The position numbers were made by a program, and so were the translations under genes. A model generated the notes under the pieces. It searched no databases, was not told where the DNA came from, and saw nothing but the letters and a program-made list of their open reading frames with translations. A stretch of DNA of 64,000 nucleotides from Oscillospiraceae bacterium (GTDB lineage Bacteria; Bacillota; Clostridia; Oscillospirales; Ruminococcaceae), in contig JAVWEG010000001.1 of NCBI GenBank assembly GCA_036641735.1, forward strand, positions 4,287 through 68,286, in the 5' to 3' direction. Each line of letters begins with the position of its first letter. The first letter of the stretch is position 1. This document shows positions 55,530-63,953 of the stretch, in pieces.

Positions 55530-55549
55530 CTTAATCACCCTTTAATATT

Positions 55550-56542
55550 TTAAATGCCAAGCTCTAAAAGATGTGCAATACCTGGAATACTCTCACCTTG
55601 TAAAAAGGTGGTTTGGCTCATTAAAGCGCCTGTAGAAAGGAACAGTACGCGTTTATACTCTTTTTTTTGCAGCTTTGGCAGTACAAGTGCCGATAATACA
55701 GCGGCACTGCACCCTGCACCCGAGCCGCCTGCTTGCACCTTTTGAGTATTTTTATCATATACCAGTAATCCGCAGTCCTCGTGGTTTTTAATATGCAAGC
55801 CCTCTTTATCCAGTAAATCCAGCATTAATGTGCTGCCCACGGCACCGAGGTCACCTGTAAAAATCGCATCAAAATCGCTTGGAGCATACGAAGTGTCGGC
55901 AAAATATTGCAATAAAGTATTTGCCGCCGCAGGAGCCATTGCAGCACCCATATTATTGATGTCCTTTACGTTAAAGTCGCACACACGTCCCGTGGATACA
56001 GATAAAATATGCGGCCCGAGTGAGCCAGCCTCTATCATTACACTGCCAGCCGAGGTTACCGTCCATTGAGATGTGGGTGTGCGCTTGCCGCCGTAATCCA
56101 GAGGTGTGCGATATTGCCGCTCTGCCGCGCAAAAATGGCTAGATGACATCGCTATAGCACGGCGCATTATATTTCCTGCCACCATACTTGCCGCTAAAAT
56201 TATACCCTCTGCCATAGTGGAGCAAGCGCCGTAAAGCCCAAAAAACGGCACATCTAAGCTGCGCATAGCATAGGCGCTTGCCGTGCATTGGCACTGTAAA
56301 TCACCTGCAAACACGGCATTTACATCAGATAGCTTCACTCCGCGTTTGTTTAAAAGCTGCTCTATGCTATGTCTTTGAAATATACTTTCGGCTTTTTCCC
56401 AAGTGCTCTGTCCGCATTTTGTATCGGCAAAAATAGCATCAAAGCTGCTCGATAACGGCCCTTCACTTTCTTTTTTACCGCCGATAGCGGCAAATGCGGA
56501 AATGCAGGGCGGATTTGAAAACACAATATTATCTTTAGCCAT
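55550..56542 (-). CDS. spoVAD: Stage V sporulation protein AD
   Basis: Thiolase/KAS-III-like fold protein of 330 aa lying between spoVAC and spoVAE. The start (F.NPP.I...A..GGKKE..GPL) is typical. Confidence 0.9.
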   Translation of the reverse strand: MAKDNIVFSNPPCISAFAAIGGKKESEGPLSSSFDAIFADTKCGQSTWEKAESIFQRHSIEQLLNKRGVKLSDVNAVFAGDLQCQCTASAYAMRSLDVPFFGLYGACSTMAEGIILAASMVAGNIMRRAIAMSSSHFCAAERQYRTPLDYGGKRTPTSQWTVTSAGSVMIEAGSLGPHILSVSTGRVCDFNVKDINNMGAAMAPAAANTLLQYFADTSYAPSDFDAIFTGDLGAVGSTLMLDLLDKEGLHIKNHEDCGLLVYDKNTQKVQAGGSGAGCSAAVLSALVLPKLQKKEYKRVLFLSTGALMSQTTFLQGESIPGIAHLLELGI

Positions 56543-56545
56543 ATT

Positions 56546-56998
56546 TTATCCTCCTATAAACGGACGAATAAAATACAATATAACGCCCCAAGCTATGCTT
56601 GCAAGCATACCATATACTATTACAGGCCCTGCAATTACAAACATTTTTGCGCCAAGCCCCGTGATAAATCCCTCGCTTTTAAATTCTATTGCAGGGCTTA
56701 CCACAGCATTGGCAAAGCCCGTGATTGGTATAAGCGTGCCTGCACCTGCTTTAGCCGCAAGCTTTTGATACCACCCTAAAGAGGTGGTAATTGCCGATAA
56801 AGCGATAAGCGTTACACTGGATAATGTGGCGGCATCTGTTACGATAAGCCCGAGCGAAGCATACCATTTACTCAGTATTTCGCCAAGTAAGCATATGCCG
56901 CCGCCAACTGTAAATGCCCACAGACAATCTCGCAGCACAGGGGAGGGGGGAGATGCGCTTTTTACCGATTGCGCATATTGTTCGGTATTTGTTTTCAT
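56546..56998 (-). CDS. spoVAC: Stage V sporulation protein AC
   Basis: Four-TM protein with FTVGGGICLLGE and GAGTLIPITGFAN motifs. I call ATG 56998 (MKTNTEQY) as the start; it has an AAGGA Shine-Dalgarno-like site (AAAAAGGACGG). Confidence 0.9.
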   Translation of the reverse strand: MKTNTEQYAQSVKSASPPSPVLRDCLWAFTVGGGICLLGEILSKWYASLGLIVTDAATLSSVTLIALSAITTSLGWYQKLAAKAGAGTLIPITGFANAVVSPAIEFKSEGFITGLGAKMFVIAGPVIVYGMLASIAWGVILYFIRPFIGG

Positions 56999-57194
56999 AT
57001 ATCTACCGTCCTTTTTTATACTTATGTTAAAAGTTTGCACAGATTATACGGTAAATATGTAAACGACTTTGGTGTAAAATCAAAAATCAAAAAATTTACA
57101 AAAAAACCATTGTGAATTTATGTGTAATCAAGTATACTAATCTATGGTAAATTAAAAGACTTATACAGGTTATACCTGTGGGAGGGAAAGCATT

Positions 57195-58388
57195 ATGTCA
57201 AGAGTTTTTGGTACTGTTTCAAGAGGTGTGAGGGCACCGATTATCCGTGAAGGTGATGATCTTGCCGCTATTGTGGCACAGAGCGTAGAAGCTGCCGTAA
57301 AGCAAGAAGGTGTAGAGCTGCACGACCGTGATGTAGTAGGCGTAACGGAGGCAGTGTTGGCGCGCAGCCAGGGTAATTACGCTACTGTAGACGACATTGC
57401 TGCCGATATTAAACAAAAATATGCAGACAATACAATAGGCCTTATATTCCCTATCCTCAGCAGAAACCGTTTTGCGATATGCTTGCGCGGTATAGCACGC
57501 GGAGCAAAAAAAATAGTGCTTATGCTGTCTTATCCGTCCGACGAAGTGGGTAATCAGCTGGTAAGCTTGGATATGCTGGACGAAAAAGGCATTAATCCGT
57601 GGAGCGATGTATTGAGCGAAAGCCGCTACCGTGAGCTTTTTGGTCGCAATGAGCATCCGTTTACGGGTGTAGATTATGTGGAATATTATATGGGGCTTAT
57701 CCGTGAAGAAAATTGTGAAGCAGAGGTAATTTTTGCCAATAAAGCAACGGATATTTTAGCGTATTCTAAATATGTGCTTACTTGCGACATTCATTCGCGT
57801 GAGCGTTCTAAGCGTTTATTAAAGGCGGCAGGGGCAGAGCTTGTGTACGGGCTTGACGAAATAATGACGGCTTCTATAAACGGCAGTGGGTTTAATGCTA
57901 ACTACGGCTTGCTTGGCAGCAATAAAGCAACCGAGGATAAAGTAAAGCTTTTTCCGCGTAATTGTGAAGAATTTGCCGTAGATGTGCAAACAAAATTATT
58001 GGCAGCTACGGGTAAAAAGCTGGAAGTAATGGTATATGGCGACGGTGCATTTAAAGATCCTGTAGGCAAAATATGGGAGCTTGCAGATCCTGTAGTATCT
58101 CCCGGATTTACAGATGGGCTTGTGGGATTGCCAAATGAACTAAAGCTTAAATATCTTGCAGACAATCAGCTAAAAGACCTTAAAGGCGAAGAGCTAAAGG
58201 CGGCAATGAAAGATATGATAGCGAAGAAAAACGCTGATTTAAAAGGCAGTATGGAAACGCAAGGCACTACACCGCGCCGCCTTACAGACCTTATTGGCTC
58301 TTTGTGCGACCTTACAAGTGGCTCGGGAGACAAGGGTACACCTATAATTTTGATACAAGGATATTTCGACACTTACGCTGTAGAATAA
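57195..58388 (+). CDS. CofE-like (F420-0:gamma-glutamyl ligase family fold) protein of unknown role
   Basis: The N-terminal PIIREGDDLAAIV...DRDVVGVTEAVLARSQG pattern matches the CofE/F420-ligase domain. 397 aa, cytoplasmic. Confidence 0.55.
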   Translation: MSRVFGTVSRGVRAPIIREGDDLAAIVAQSVEAAVKQEGVELHDRDVVGVTEAVLARSQGNYATVDDIAADIKQKYADNTIGLIFPILSRNRFAICLRGIARGAKKIVLMLSYPSDEVGNQLVSLDMLDEKGINPWSDVLSESRYRELFGRNEHPFTGVDYVEYYMGLIREENCEAEVIFANKATDILAYSKYVLTCDIHSRERSKRLLKAAGAELVYGLDEIMTASINGSGFNANYGLLGSNKATEDKVKLFPRNCEEFAVDVQTKLLAATGKKLEVMVYGDGAFKDPVGKIWELADPVVSPGFTDGLVGLPNELKLKYLADNQLKDLKGEELKAAMKDMIAKKNADLKGSMETQGTTPRRLTDLIGSLCDLTSGSGDKGTPIILIQGYFDTYAVE

Positions 58389-58397
58389 TAAAACAAC

Positions 58398-58437
58398 AAA
58401 TGCCGCTTTGCAAAATGCAAGGCGGCATTTAATTTTG
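58398..58437 (+). terminator. Possible terminator after the cofE-like gene
   Basis: AAATGCCGC / GCGGCATTT stem with an inner TTGCA/TGCAA pairing, followed by AATTTTG. Confidence 0.45.
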
Positions 58438-58525
58438 CCGTTTTTGATACCAAAATGTTAATTGCCTTGCATTGATACATATTATATGTTAGCATTATCA
58501 CATAAAGGTAAAAGGTGGGAGAAGC

Positions 58526-60997
58526 GTGAGAAAAGGATATGCGCAGATTTTAGCTGTGCTTTGTACGGCTGTTTTATGTTGCGCTTTTTTGCCGATGTTT
58601 GCTGTAAATGCAGCGCAAAACGATGAGCAGTCTCGTATAATAAAGGTGGGATTACCACTGCAAGACGGGATTGCGCAGCAAGATGCAAGCGGTAAATTAT
58701 CGGGATATACATACGATTTTTTGCAGGAAATAGCTCAATTTACAAGCTGGGAATACGAATTTAAAGTAATGGAAAACGCAAGTGACGAAGACCTGATACA
58801 AATGCTGAAAGCAGGAGAGATTGACGTATTGGGTTCTATGCTTTTTGACGAAAATTTGTCGATGGACTTTCATTATACAAACTATAATTATCTTAGCCGT
58901 TACGATGGGCTTTACGTTTTAGACAGCGATACGAAGGTGACAGAGACTAATTATATGAATATTTCGCCATTGAGAGTGGCTGTAAATGATAAGGATAGTC
59001 AAGCTATAGCGCGCCTTGATGAATTTGCGCAGGACAATGATATCACAATTGAAAAAGTGATATGTGGCGGATTGGCACAGCAAAAAAAGATATTAAGCGA
59101 AAATAAAGCAGATGCTATTTGGACGGTAAATATGGGCTGTCCCAATGGGCTGCACCCAATTGCGAAAGCATTTAATAAGCCTGTGTATTTTATGTTTGCA
59201 CAGGACAAGGCAAATCTTGCGCGCGAAATGGATGCGGCAATGATAAAAATAAGCAAAGCTTCGCCGCAGCTTACCGCAAAGCTGCAAAAAAAGTATTTTG
59301 AACGTTCAGCGCCTGCGTTTTTTATGACAAGTGAAGAAACAGCCTTTGTTAACAATTGTAAAGAAATAAAAGTACTGATGCCAAACTTTGATACGCCTAC
59401 TATGAGCTACGATAAGCATACGGATACGTATAAGGGCATAGCCGTAGAGCTGCTTTCTTATATTCATCAGCTTACAGGTATAAATTTTAAGTTTATTTTG
59501 GCAAACGATATTGAACAAATGAAAAGCTTTGCAGACGACTTCCAATTTGATATGCTCGCTCAAATGCAGTACGATTACGAGCTTGCAAAAAGCAGTGGAC
59601 TTGTTTTATCGCGCCCGTATGTGTCATCGCCTATGATGATAGTGGCAAACAAAGAGAGCAATATTAAAACGCTTGCTTATGATATTTTGGCTTTGCCGGA
59701 GGGCTTTAAGGCGGATAATATTTACAACAGTAATATAGTATATTATAAAACCGTAAAAGATTGCCTTGATGCTGTAAACAGTAATAAAGCGCAATATACA
59801 TTAGGCGGCAATTACGTTATGCAGTACTGGAAAGGGCAAAATAAATACAATTCGCTGTCTATGATACAGCAAGGTACGGGCAATGTGGAAATTTGTTTTG
59901 GCATATCGAAGCATACAGATGAAAATTTGCTTAATATAATAAACAAAGTGATAACCAATATGCCGCAGGAAAAGCTGAATGAAATAATTTATTCCAATAT
60001 TTTTGTGGCGCGTGAGCCGGCATCTATAAAAACAATTTTACTGGATAACCCTATTAAATCTATCATAGTAATTATCGTTTCCGCTTCTATAATAGTAGCT
60101 TATCTCGTTATTATGCTGATGCTGAAAAATCGTAATGCACACAAACTTGCAATAGCAAACGAAAGATTTTTACAATTGTGTGAGCTGACGGAGGAATACT
60201 TATTCGAGTACGATATCGTAAAAGATAAGCTTATTTTGTCGGAAAATATAGTGAGAGACTTTGGCGGCGAGCGAATAATGGAGCATTATCACGAAAAGCA
60301 AAAGCAAAACGCTGAACATTTAAATATTACCGATATGGGCCGTAAAGCGCAAAGCGCTTGCGAGATTTGTGTAAAAACCAAAGACGGCAGCTCATCTTGG
60401 TACAGATATAGCTGTAAGCTAGTATACAACAAACAAAACGAGCCGATATACGGTATAGGCAAATTTTGCGATATCAATGCCGAAAAACGTGAGCGTGAGC
60501 GCCTGATAAAAATGGCAGGGGCAGATTCTCTGACAGGCTTACGCAATACGGAAAATATGCGCAGCTCGGTAAAGGCTTGGCTGCGAAACAACAAGGATAA
60601 ACAAGGCGTTATGTTTATGATGGACATTGACGGATTTAAAATAGTAAATGATACTTACGGGCATTTTACAGGCGACCTTGTGCTTGTAGAGCTTGCGGAT
60701 TTAATCAGAGCCACATTCACCTTCAGCTCTATTTTAGGGCGCATTGGCGGAGATGAATTTATGATTTTCAGAGAAGTGGAAAATTTGGCACAGGCAAATG
60801 AACTGTGCGAGGAGCTTCGTATATGCTGTAAAAAAGCAAAAATCAGCGATAGAGAGCTGCCGTTTTCACTATCTATAGGCGCGGTATTTACAAATGGAAA
60901 AGATGATTTTGACGAGCTTTACAAACGCGCAGATGCCGCAATGTATGCAGTAAAAAGGCAAGGCGGAGATAGCGCTAAAATAGTGGGTGCAGAATAA
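58526..60997 (+). CDS. Membrane sensor diguanylate cyclase (signal peptide - two SBP_bac_3-like periplasmic domains - TM - PAS-like - GGDEF)
   Basis: It carries two amino-acid-binding-protein-like repeats (IIKVGLPLQDG...YDFLQEIA and IKVLMPNFDTP...GIAVELLSYI), a TM helix (IIVIIVSASIIVAYLVIMLML) and an intact RIGGDEF. No RxxD I-site is present. Confidence 0.85.
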   Translation: MRKGYAQILAVLCTAVLCCAFLPMFAVNAAQNDEQSRIIKVGLPLQDGIAQQDASGKLSGYTYDFLQEIAQFTSWEYEFKVMENASDEDLIQMLKAGEIDVLGSMLFDENLSMDFHYTNYNYLSRYDGLYVLDSDTKVTETNYMNISPLRVAVNDKDSQAIARLDEFAQDNDITIEKVICGGLAQQKKILSENKADAIWTVNMGCPNGLHPIAKAFNKPVYFMFAQDKANLAREMDAAMIKISKASPQLTAKLQKKYFERSAPAFFMTSEETAFVNNCKEIKVLMPNFDTPTMSYDKHTDTYKGIAVELLSYIHQLTGINFKFILANDIEQMKSFADDFQFDMLAQMQYDYELAKSSGLVLSRPYVSSPMMIVANKESNIKTLAYDILALPEGFKADNIYNSNIVYYKTVKDCLDAVNSNKAQYTLGGNYVMQYWKGQNKYNSLSMIQQGTGNVEICFGISKHTDENLLNIINKVITNMPQEKLNEIIYSNIFVAREPASIKTILLDNPIKSIIVIIVSASIIVAYLVIMLMLKNRNAHKLAIANERFLQLCELTEEYLFEYDIVKDKLILSENIVRDFGGERIMEHYHEKQKQNAEHLNITDMGRKAQSACEICVKTKDGSSSWYRYSCKLVYNKQNEPIYGIGKFCDINAEKRERERLIKMAGADSLTGLRNTENMRSSVKAWLRNNKDKQGVMFMMDIDGFKIVNDTYGHFTGDLVLVELADLIRATFTFSSILGRIGGDEFMIFREVENLAQANELCEELRICCKKAKISDRELPFSLSIGAVFTNGKDDFDELYKRADAAMYAVKRQGGDSAKIVGAE

Positions 60998-61000
60998 TAA

Positions 61001-61046
61001 ACACCGATGGGCAAAATGATTACCATTTTGCCCATCGGTGTTTTTG
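61001..61046. terminator. Bidirectional terminator between the cyclase gene and the PHP gene
   Basis: 18-bp perfect stem ACACCGATGGGCAAAATG / CATTTTGCCCATCGGTGT followed by TTTTTG. Confidence 0.8.
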
Positions 61047-61736
61047 TTATTTTAAAAGACGCATCAATGGATTTTGCGCATCAAGCTCCTGCATACAGCA
61101 CGCGATATTATCTATACAATGCGCATCAGACGAAGTAATTATCGGCTTATTTGCAGGTAAAAACTGCTTTTGCGCAAGCGCTTCATATTTGCAAGGATTA
61201 CGCATTTCTATACATTCAAAATCCAAATCCGACGGACAAAATCCTAGTACCGATAATAATGAATAGCTGTCCTTTTCAGCGTGAGCAGGCACTGCTATTC
61301 CACCAAGACCTTCGGCGTACGCTTTAGTTTCATAAATATTAAGCGCGCTTGCGCTCGTAAGCAGCTTATCTAAAGTGCCTTCGATTTCGTCGTCCTCGTT
61401 TACTATTAGCTGCTTACCCCAAATATTGCCGTCATATTCAAAGCTCGCAAGCCCGTCATACAGCATATCACTCATAGCAAGAGCCGCCTTTACAGTGGGA
61501 AAATAGCAAAGCATATGTATTTCTTCGGCGGTGTTTACTTCTATACAGGGCAGCAGCTTTATGCCGTAAGCGTTACAGCACAATTGCGCGGCAGGCAAAT
61601 TGCGCGCCGAATTATGGTCTGCAATTGATATAACGTCTGCGCCTGCCAGCTTTGCCATACCGGCAATCATACAAGGAGTCATATTATCATCGGCACAAGG
61701 TGATAAGCAAGAATGTATATGTAAATCATAAAGCAT
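61047..61736 (-). CDS. PHP-domain (polymerase/histidinol-phosphatase-like) metal-dependent phosphoesterase
   Basis: YDLHIHSCLSPCA...ISIADHNS N-terminal PHP motifs. Confidence 0.75.
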   Translation of the reverse strand: MLYDLHIHSCLSPCADDNMTPCMIAGMAKLAGADVISIADHNSARNLPAAQLCCNAYGIKLLPCIEVNTAEEIHMLCYFPTVKAALAMSDMLYDGLASFEYDGNIWGKQLIVNEDDEIEGTLDKLLTSASALNIYETKAYAEGLGGIAVPAHAEKDSYSLLSVLGFCPSDLDFECIEMRNPCKYEALAQKQFLPANKPIITSSDAHCIDNIACCMQELDAQNPLMRLLK

Positions 61737-61759
61737 AGTGCATTTCCTATTCTACATCT

Positions 61760-62098
61760 TTAATCTTCCACTTGCAGTACATCATTAATCAGGCGGCTTG
61801 CTTCAAATTCCGCAAGCTCTGTAAGATATACATTAATGCCCTGCTCCTGCGCTTTGGATAGAGCATCCTCCATAAGCACAGCTCCGTGGCACAGCACCAC
61901 ACAGGCGCAATCGGTAAGAGATGCAACGGCAATGGTGTTAATGTTTCCCATCACGGTACACCATACATCGCCCTCGCTTACCTTGCCCATTGCCCAGGAT
62001 AAAAGGTCTCCGCAAAATATGCCGCCAATATTGTGAGCCGCAGCTTCGTTTGCCACTGTAAAGCCACAGGTTAAAGCCATTACTTTGCTGTCTAACAT
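61760..62098 (-). CDS. DRTGG-domain protein
   Basis: 112 aa with the pattern GDLLSWAM...VWCTVMGNINTIAVASL...VVLCHG, typical of stand-alone DRTGG proteins found in hydrogenase-associated clusters. Confidence 0.65.
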   Translation of the reverse strand: MLDSKVMALTCGFTVANEAAAHNIGGIFCGDLLSWAMGKVSEGDVWCTVMGNINTIAVASLTDCACVVLCHGAVLMEDALSKAQEQGINVYLTELAEFEASRLINDVLQVED

Positions 62099-62224
62099 TT
62101 GTTATATACTCCTTTTATGTTTATTGAAAACTTGTATTTGTACAGCAATTTTACTTTTGATTGTCCTACTCAAAGCCTCGTCCTTGCTATATTAATGTGC
62201 CAAACGGACAATGTAAAACATCTG

Positions 62225-63499
62225 TTAAGTGCCTTTTCCAAGTGCATCAAGCACTGCTGCCATACGGTTTCGCATAAGCACCATACAGTCGTCTGCACTC
62301 GCTTTACCGCGCACTATATCCTCTGCAAGCGAGGCGCAAGTAGGCGCGCCGCAGCTTCCGCAATCAAGCCCGGGCAAGGTGGTGAGCAATTCTTCCATAC
62401 GATTATACCGTTCAAATCGCTCTGCCTTCGTACCGCCAAGCTCCATTACAGGCGCGTATACAAGGTCTGTATCCCACAGCATTTCAGTGGGAATACTGCC
62501 CGTGAGATGATTGGTGCTTACAGGTACATAACGGCGCAGCTTTTTTAATTTGGCTTTGGCAATATACGGATTTTCCACTTGCAGCACACCGCCTACGCAG
62601 CCGCCTGCACACGCGTCCAACTCCACAAATTCAAGATTAGGATATTTTTCGTCCTCTAAATCTTCAAGCACGCGTATTACGTTTTCAATGCCGTCGGCGG
62701 CAAGGTAGCTGTCGGTGGATACAAGCCCCGCGCTCTCGCCGCCGCTCTCTGCCCAGCCCAGCCCTATGCGCCCTGCCGCAGAAAGATAGTCTACATTTTT
62801 CACGTCTTTCATAGCACTAAGCAGTAAAGGATATATCTCTTTTACGGCTATTGCACCGTCTACAGCGCTTTTACTCGAGCCGATAGGCATTTTAATAGCC
62901 GTAACCTTAGCAGGGCAGGGAGACAAAAATATACAGCCAATTTCCTCGGGCGAAAAGCCCGTTTTGCGCACTGCCTCGGCTTTTGCCATACGTGCCGCAA
63001 GTTCCATAGGCGCTACAAGCGGCAGTACGTGGTCTATAAGCTGAGGGAAACGCACCCTAATAAGCCGTGTTACAGCAGGGCAGGCGGACGAGATAACAGG
63101 GCGTTCTATGTTGTGTGTTTCAAGCAAGCGGCGCGTGGCATCGCTTATAAGCTCCGCCGCCTTTGCCACTTCATACACACTGTCAAACCCTATATCCAGC
63201 AAAGCCGAAAGCACTACGTCACGGTCGTCAAGATTATTAAATTGCCCATAAAGGCTGGGCGCAGGCAAAGCAATATTGTATTTATATTCGTTTAAAACCG
63301 CCATAGTATCGTACGTGGCAATCTTTGCGTGATGTGGACAAATACGTATACATTCGCCGCAGTCTATACATCTTTCTTTAATAATATGCGCCTTGCCGTC
63401 ACGCACACGGATAGCCTCGGTGGGACAGCGCTTAATGCAGTTTATGCAGCCCTTGCACAAATCTTTATTTAAAGTAACAGAATGGAAAAACTCTCCCAT
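62225..63499 (-). CDS. [FeFe]-hydrogenase-like protein with sensory-type (HydS-like) active-site substitutions: 2x[4Fe-4S] ferredoxin - H-domain - C-terminal Cys-rich Fe-S domain
   Basis: Two CxxCxxCxxxCP motifs. The H-cluster motifs are present but altered: SSACPA (63074-63091) versus canonical TSCCP, SPCPAK versus MPCxxK, and ELDACAGGCVGG versus ExMACxxGCxxGG. The C-terminus reads LPGLDCGSCGAPTCASLAE...C. I call ATG 63499 as the start because the GTG at 63511 lies in the GAGGTG Shine-Dalgarno site. Confidence 0.8.
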   Translation of the reverse strand: MGEFFHSVTLNKDLCKGCINCIKRCPTEAIRVRDGKAHIIKERCIDCGECIRICPHHAKIATYDTMAVLNEYKYNIALPAPSLYGQFNNLDDRDVVLSALLDIGFDSVYEVAKAAELISDATRRLLETHNIERPVISSACPAVTRLIRVRFPQLIDHVLPLVAPMELAARMAKAEAVRKTGFSPEEIGCIFLSPCPAKVTAIKMPIGSSKSAVDGAIAVKEIYPLLLSAMKDVKNVDYLSAAGRIGLGWAESGGESAGLVSTDSYLAADGIENVIRVLEDLEDEKYPNLEFVELDACAGGCVGGVLQVENPYIAKAKLKKLRRYVPVSTNHLTGSIPTEMLWDTDLVYAPVMELGGTKAERFERYNRMEELLTTLPGLDCGSCGAPTCASLAEDIVRGKASADDCMVLMRNRMAAVLDALGKGT

Positions 63500-63530
63500 A
63501 ATGAGTATCACCTCGCATAATTTTGCAGCT

Positions 63531-63953
63531 TTAATATTTTACGCCCATACGTACTGTTGTACCTATCCCGAGCGTAGAAGTAATGTCAAAAGTATCGGAA
63601 TACTTTTTCATATTCGGCAATCCCATACCTGCGCCAAAGCCGAGGCTTCGCACTTCATCGGGCGCAGTGGAAAATCCCTCGCTCATAGCAAGGTCTATAT
63701 CAGCTATGCCGGGGCCTTTATCCGACAAAATCATATCCACATTATCGTCTCCGATAATAATGTTTATGTCTCCGCCGTGCGCGTGAATGGCAAGGTTTAT
63801 TTCGCCTTCATACAGTGCAATGGCTACCTTGCGTATTGCTTCAGACGGAAACCCTAAAAGCTTAAGCCTTGCTTTTAAATCGGCGCTCGCTTCGCCGGCA
63901 CGAGTGAAATCGTCTCCGGGTACAGTGTAGTGCAGCTCTATTGTTTCACCCAT
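63531..63953 (-). CDS. RsbW/SpoIIAB-like anti-sigma-type serine kinase (HATPase_c_2) protein
   Basis: About 140 aa with N-box-like EGEINLAIHA and a G-rich lid (GPGI.D....SEGFST....GFGAGMGLPN). I call ATG 63953 as the start, after a GGAGG Shine-Dalgarno site. The upstream context is cut by the window end. Confidence 0.7.
   Translation of the reverse strand: MGETIELHYTVPGDDFTRAGEASADLKARLKLLGFPSEAIRKVAIALYEGEINLAIHAHGGDINIIIGDDNVDMILSDKGPGIADIDLAMSEGFSTAPDEVRSLGFGAGMGLPNMKKYSDTFDITSTLGIGTTVRMGVKY

Noticed and set aside
483-63511. ORF-track start codons at 483, 8411, 17464, 19504, 22548, 31669, 37824, 44022, 55538, 57040, 63511 and 63995, taken at face value.
   Set aside because: In most of these cases the proposed GTG or TTG is itself part of a GAGGTG/AAGGAG Shine-Dalgarno sequence, or lies upstream of the predicted promoter or inside a terminator hairpin. 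A downstream ATG with proper spacing gives a typical family N-terminus. I adjusted the starts where the evidence was clear and flagged the others as ambiguous.
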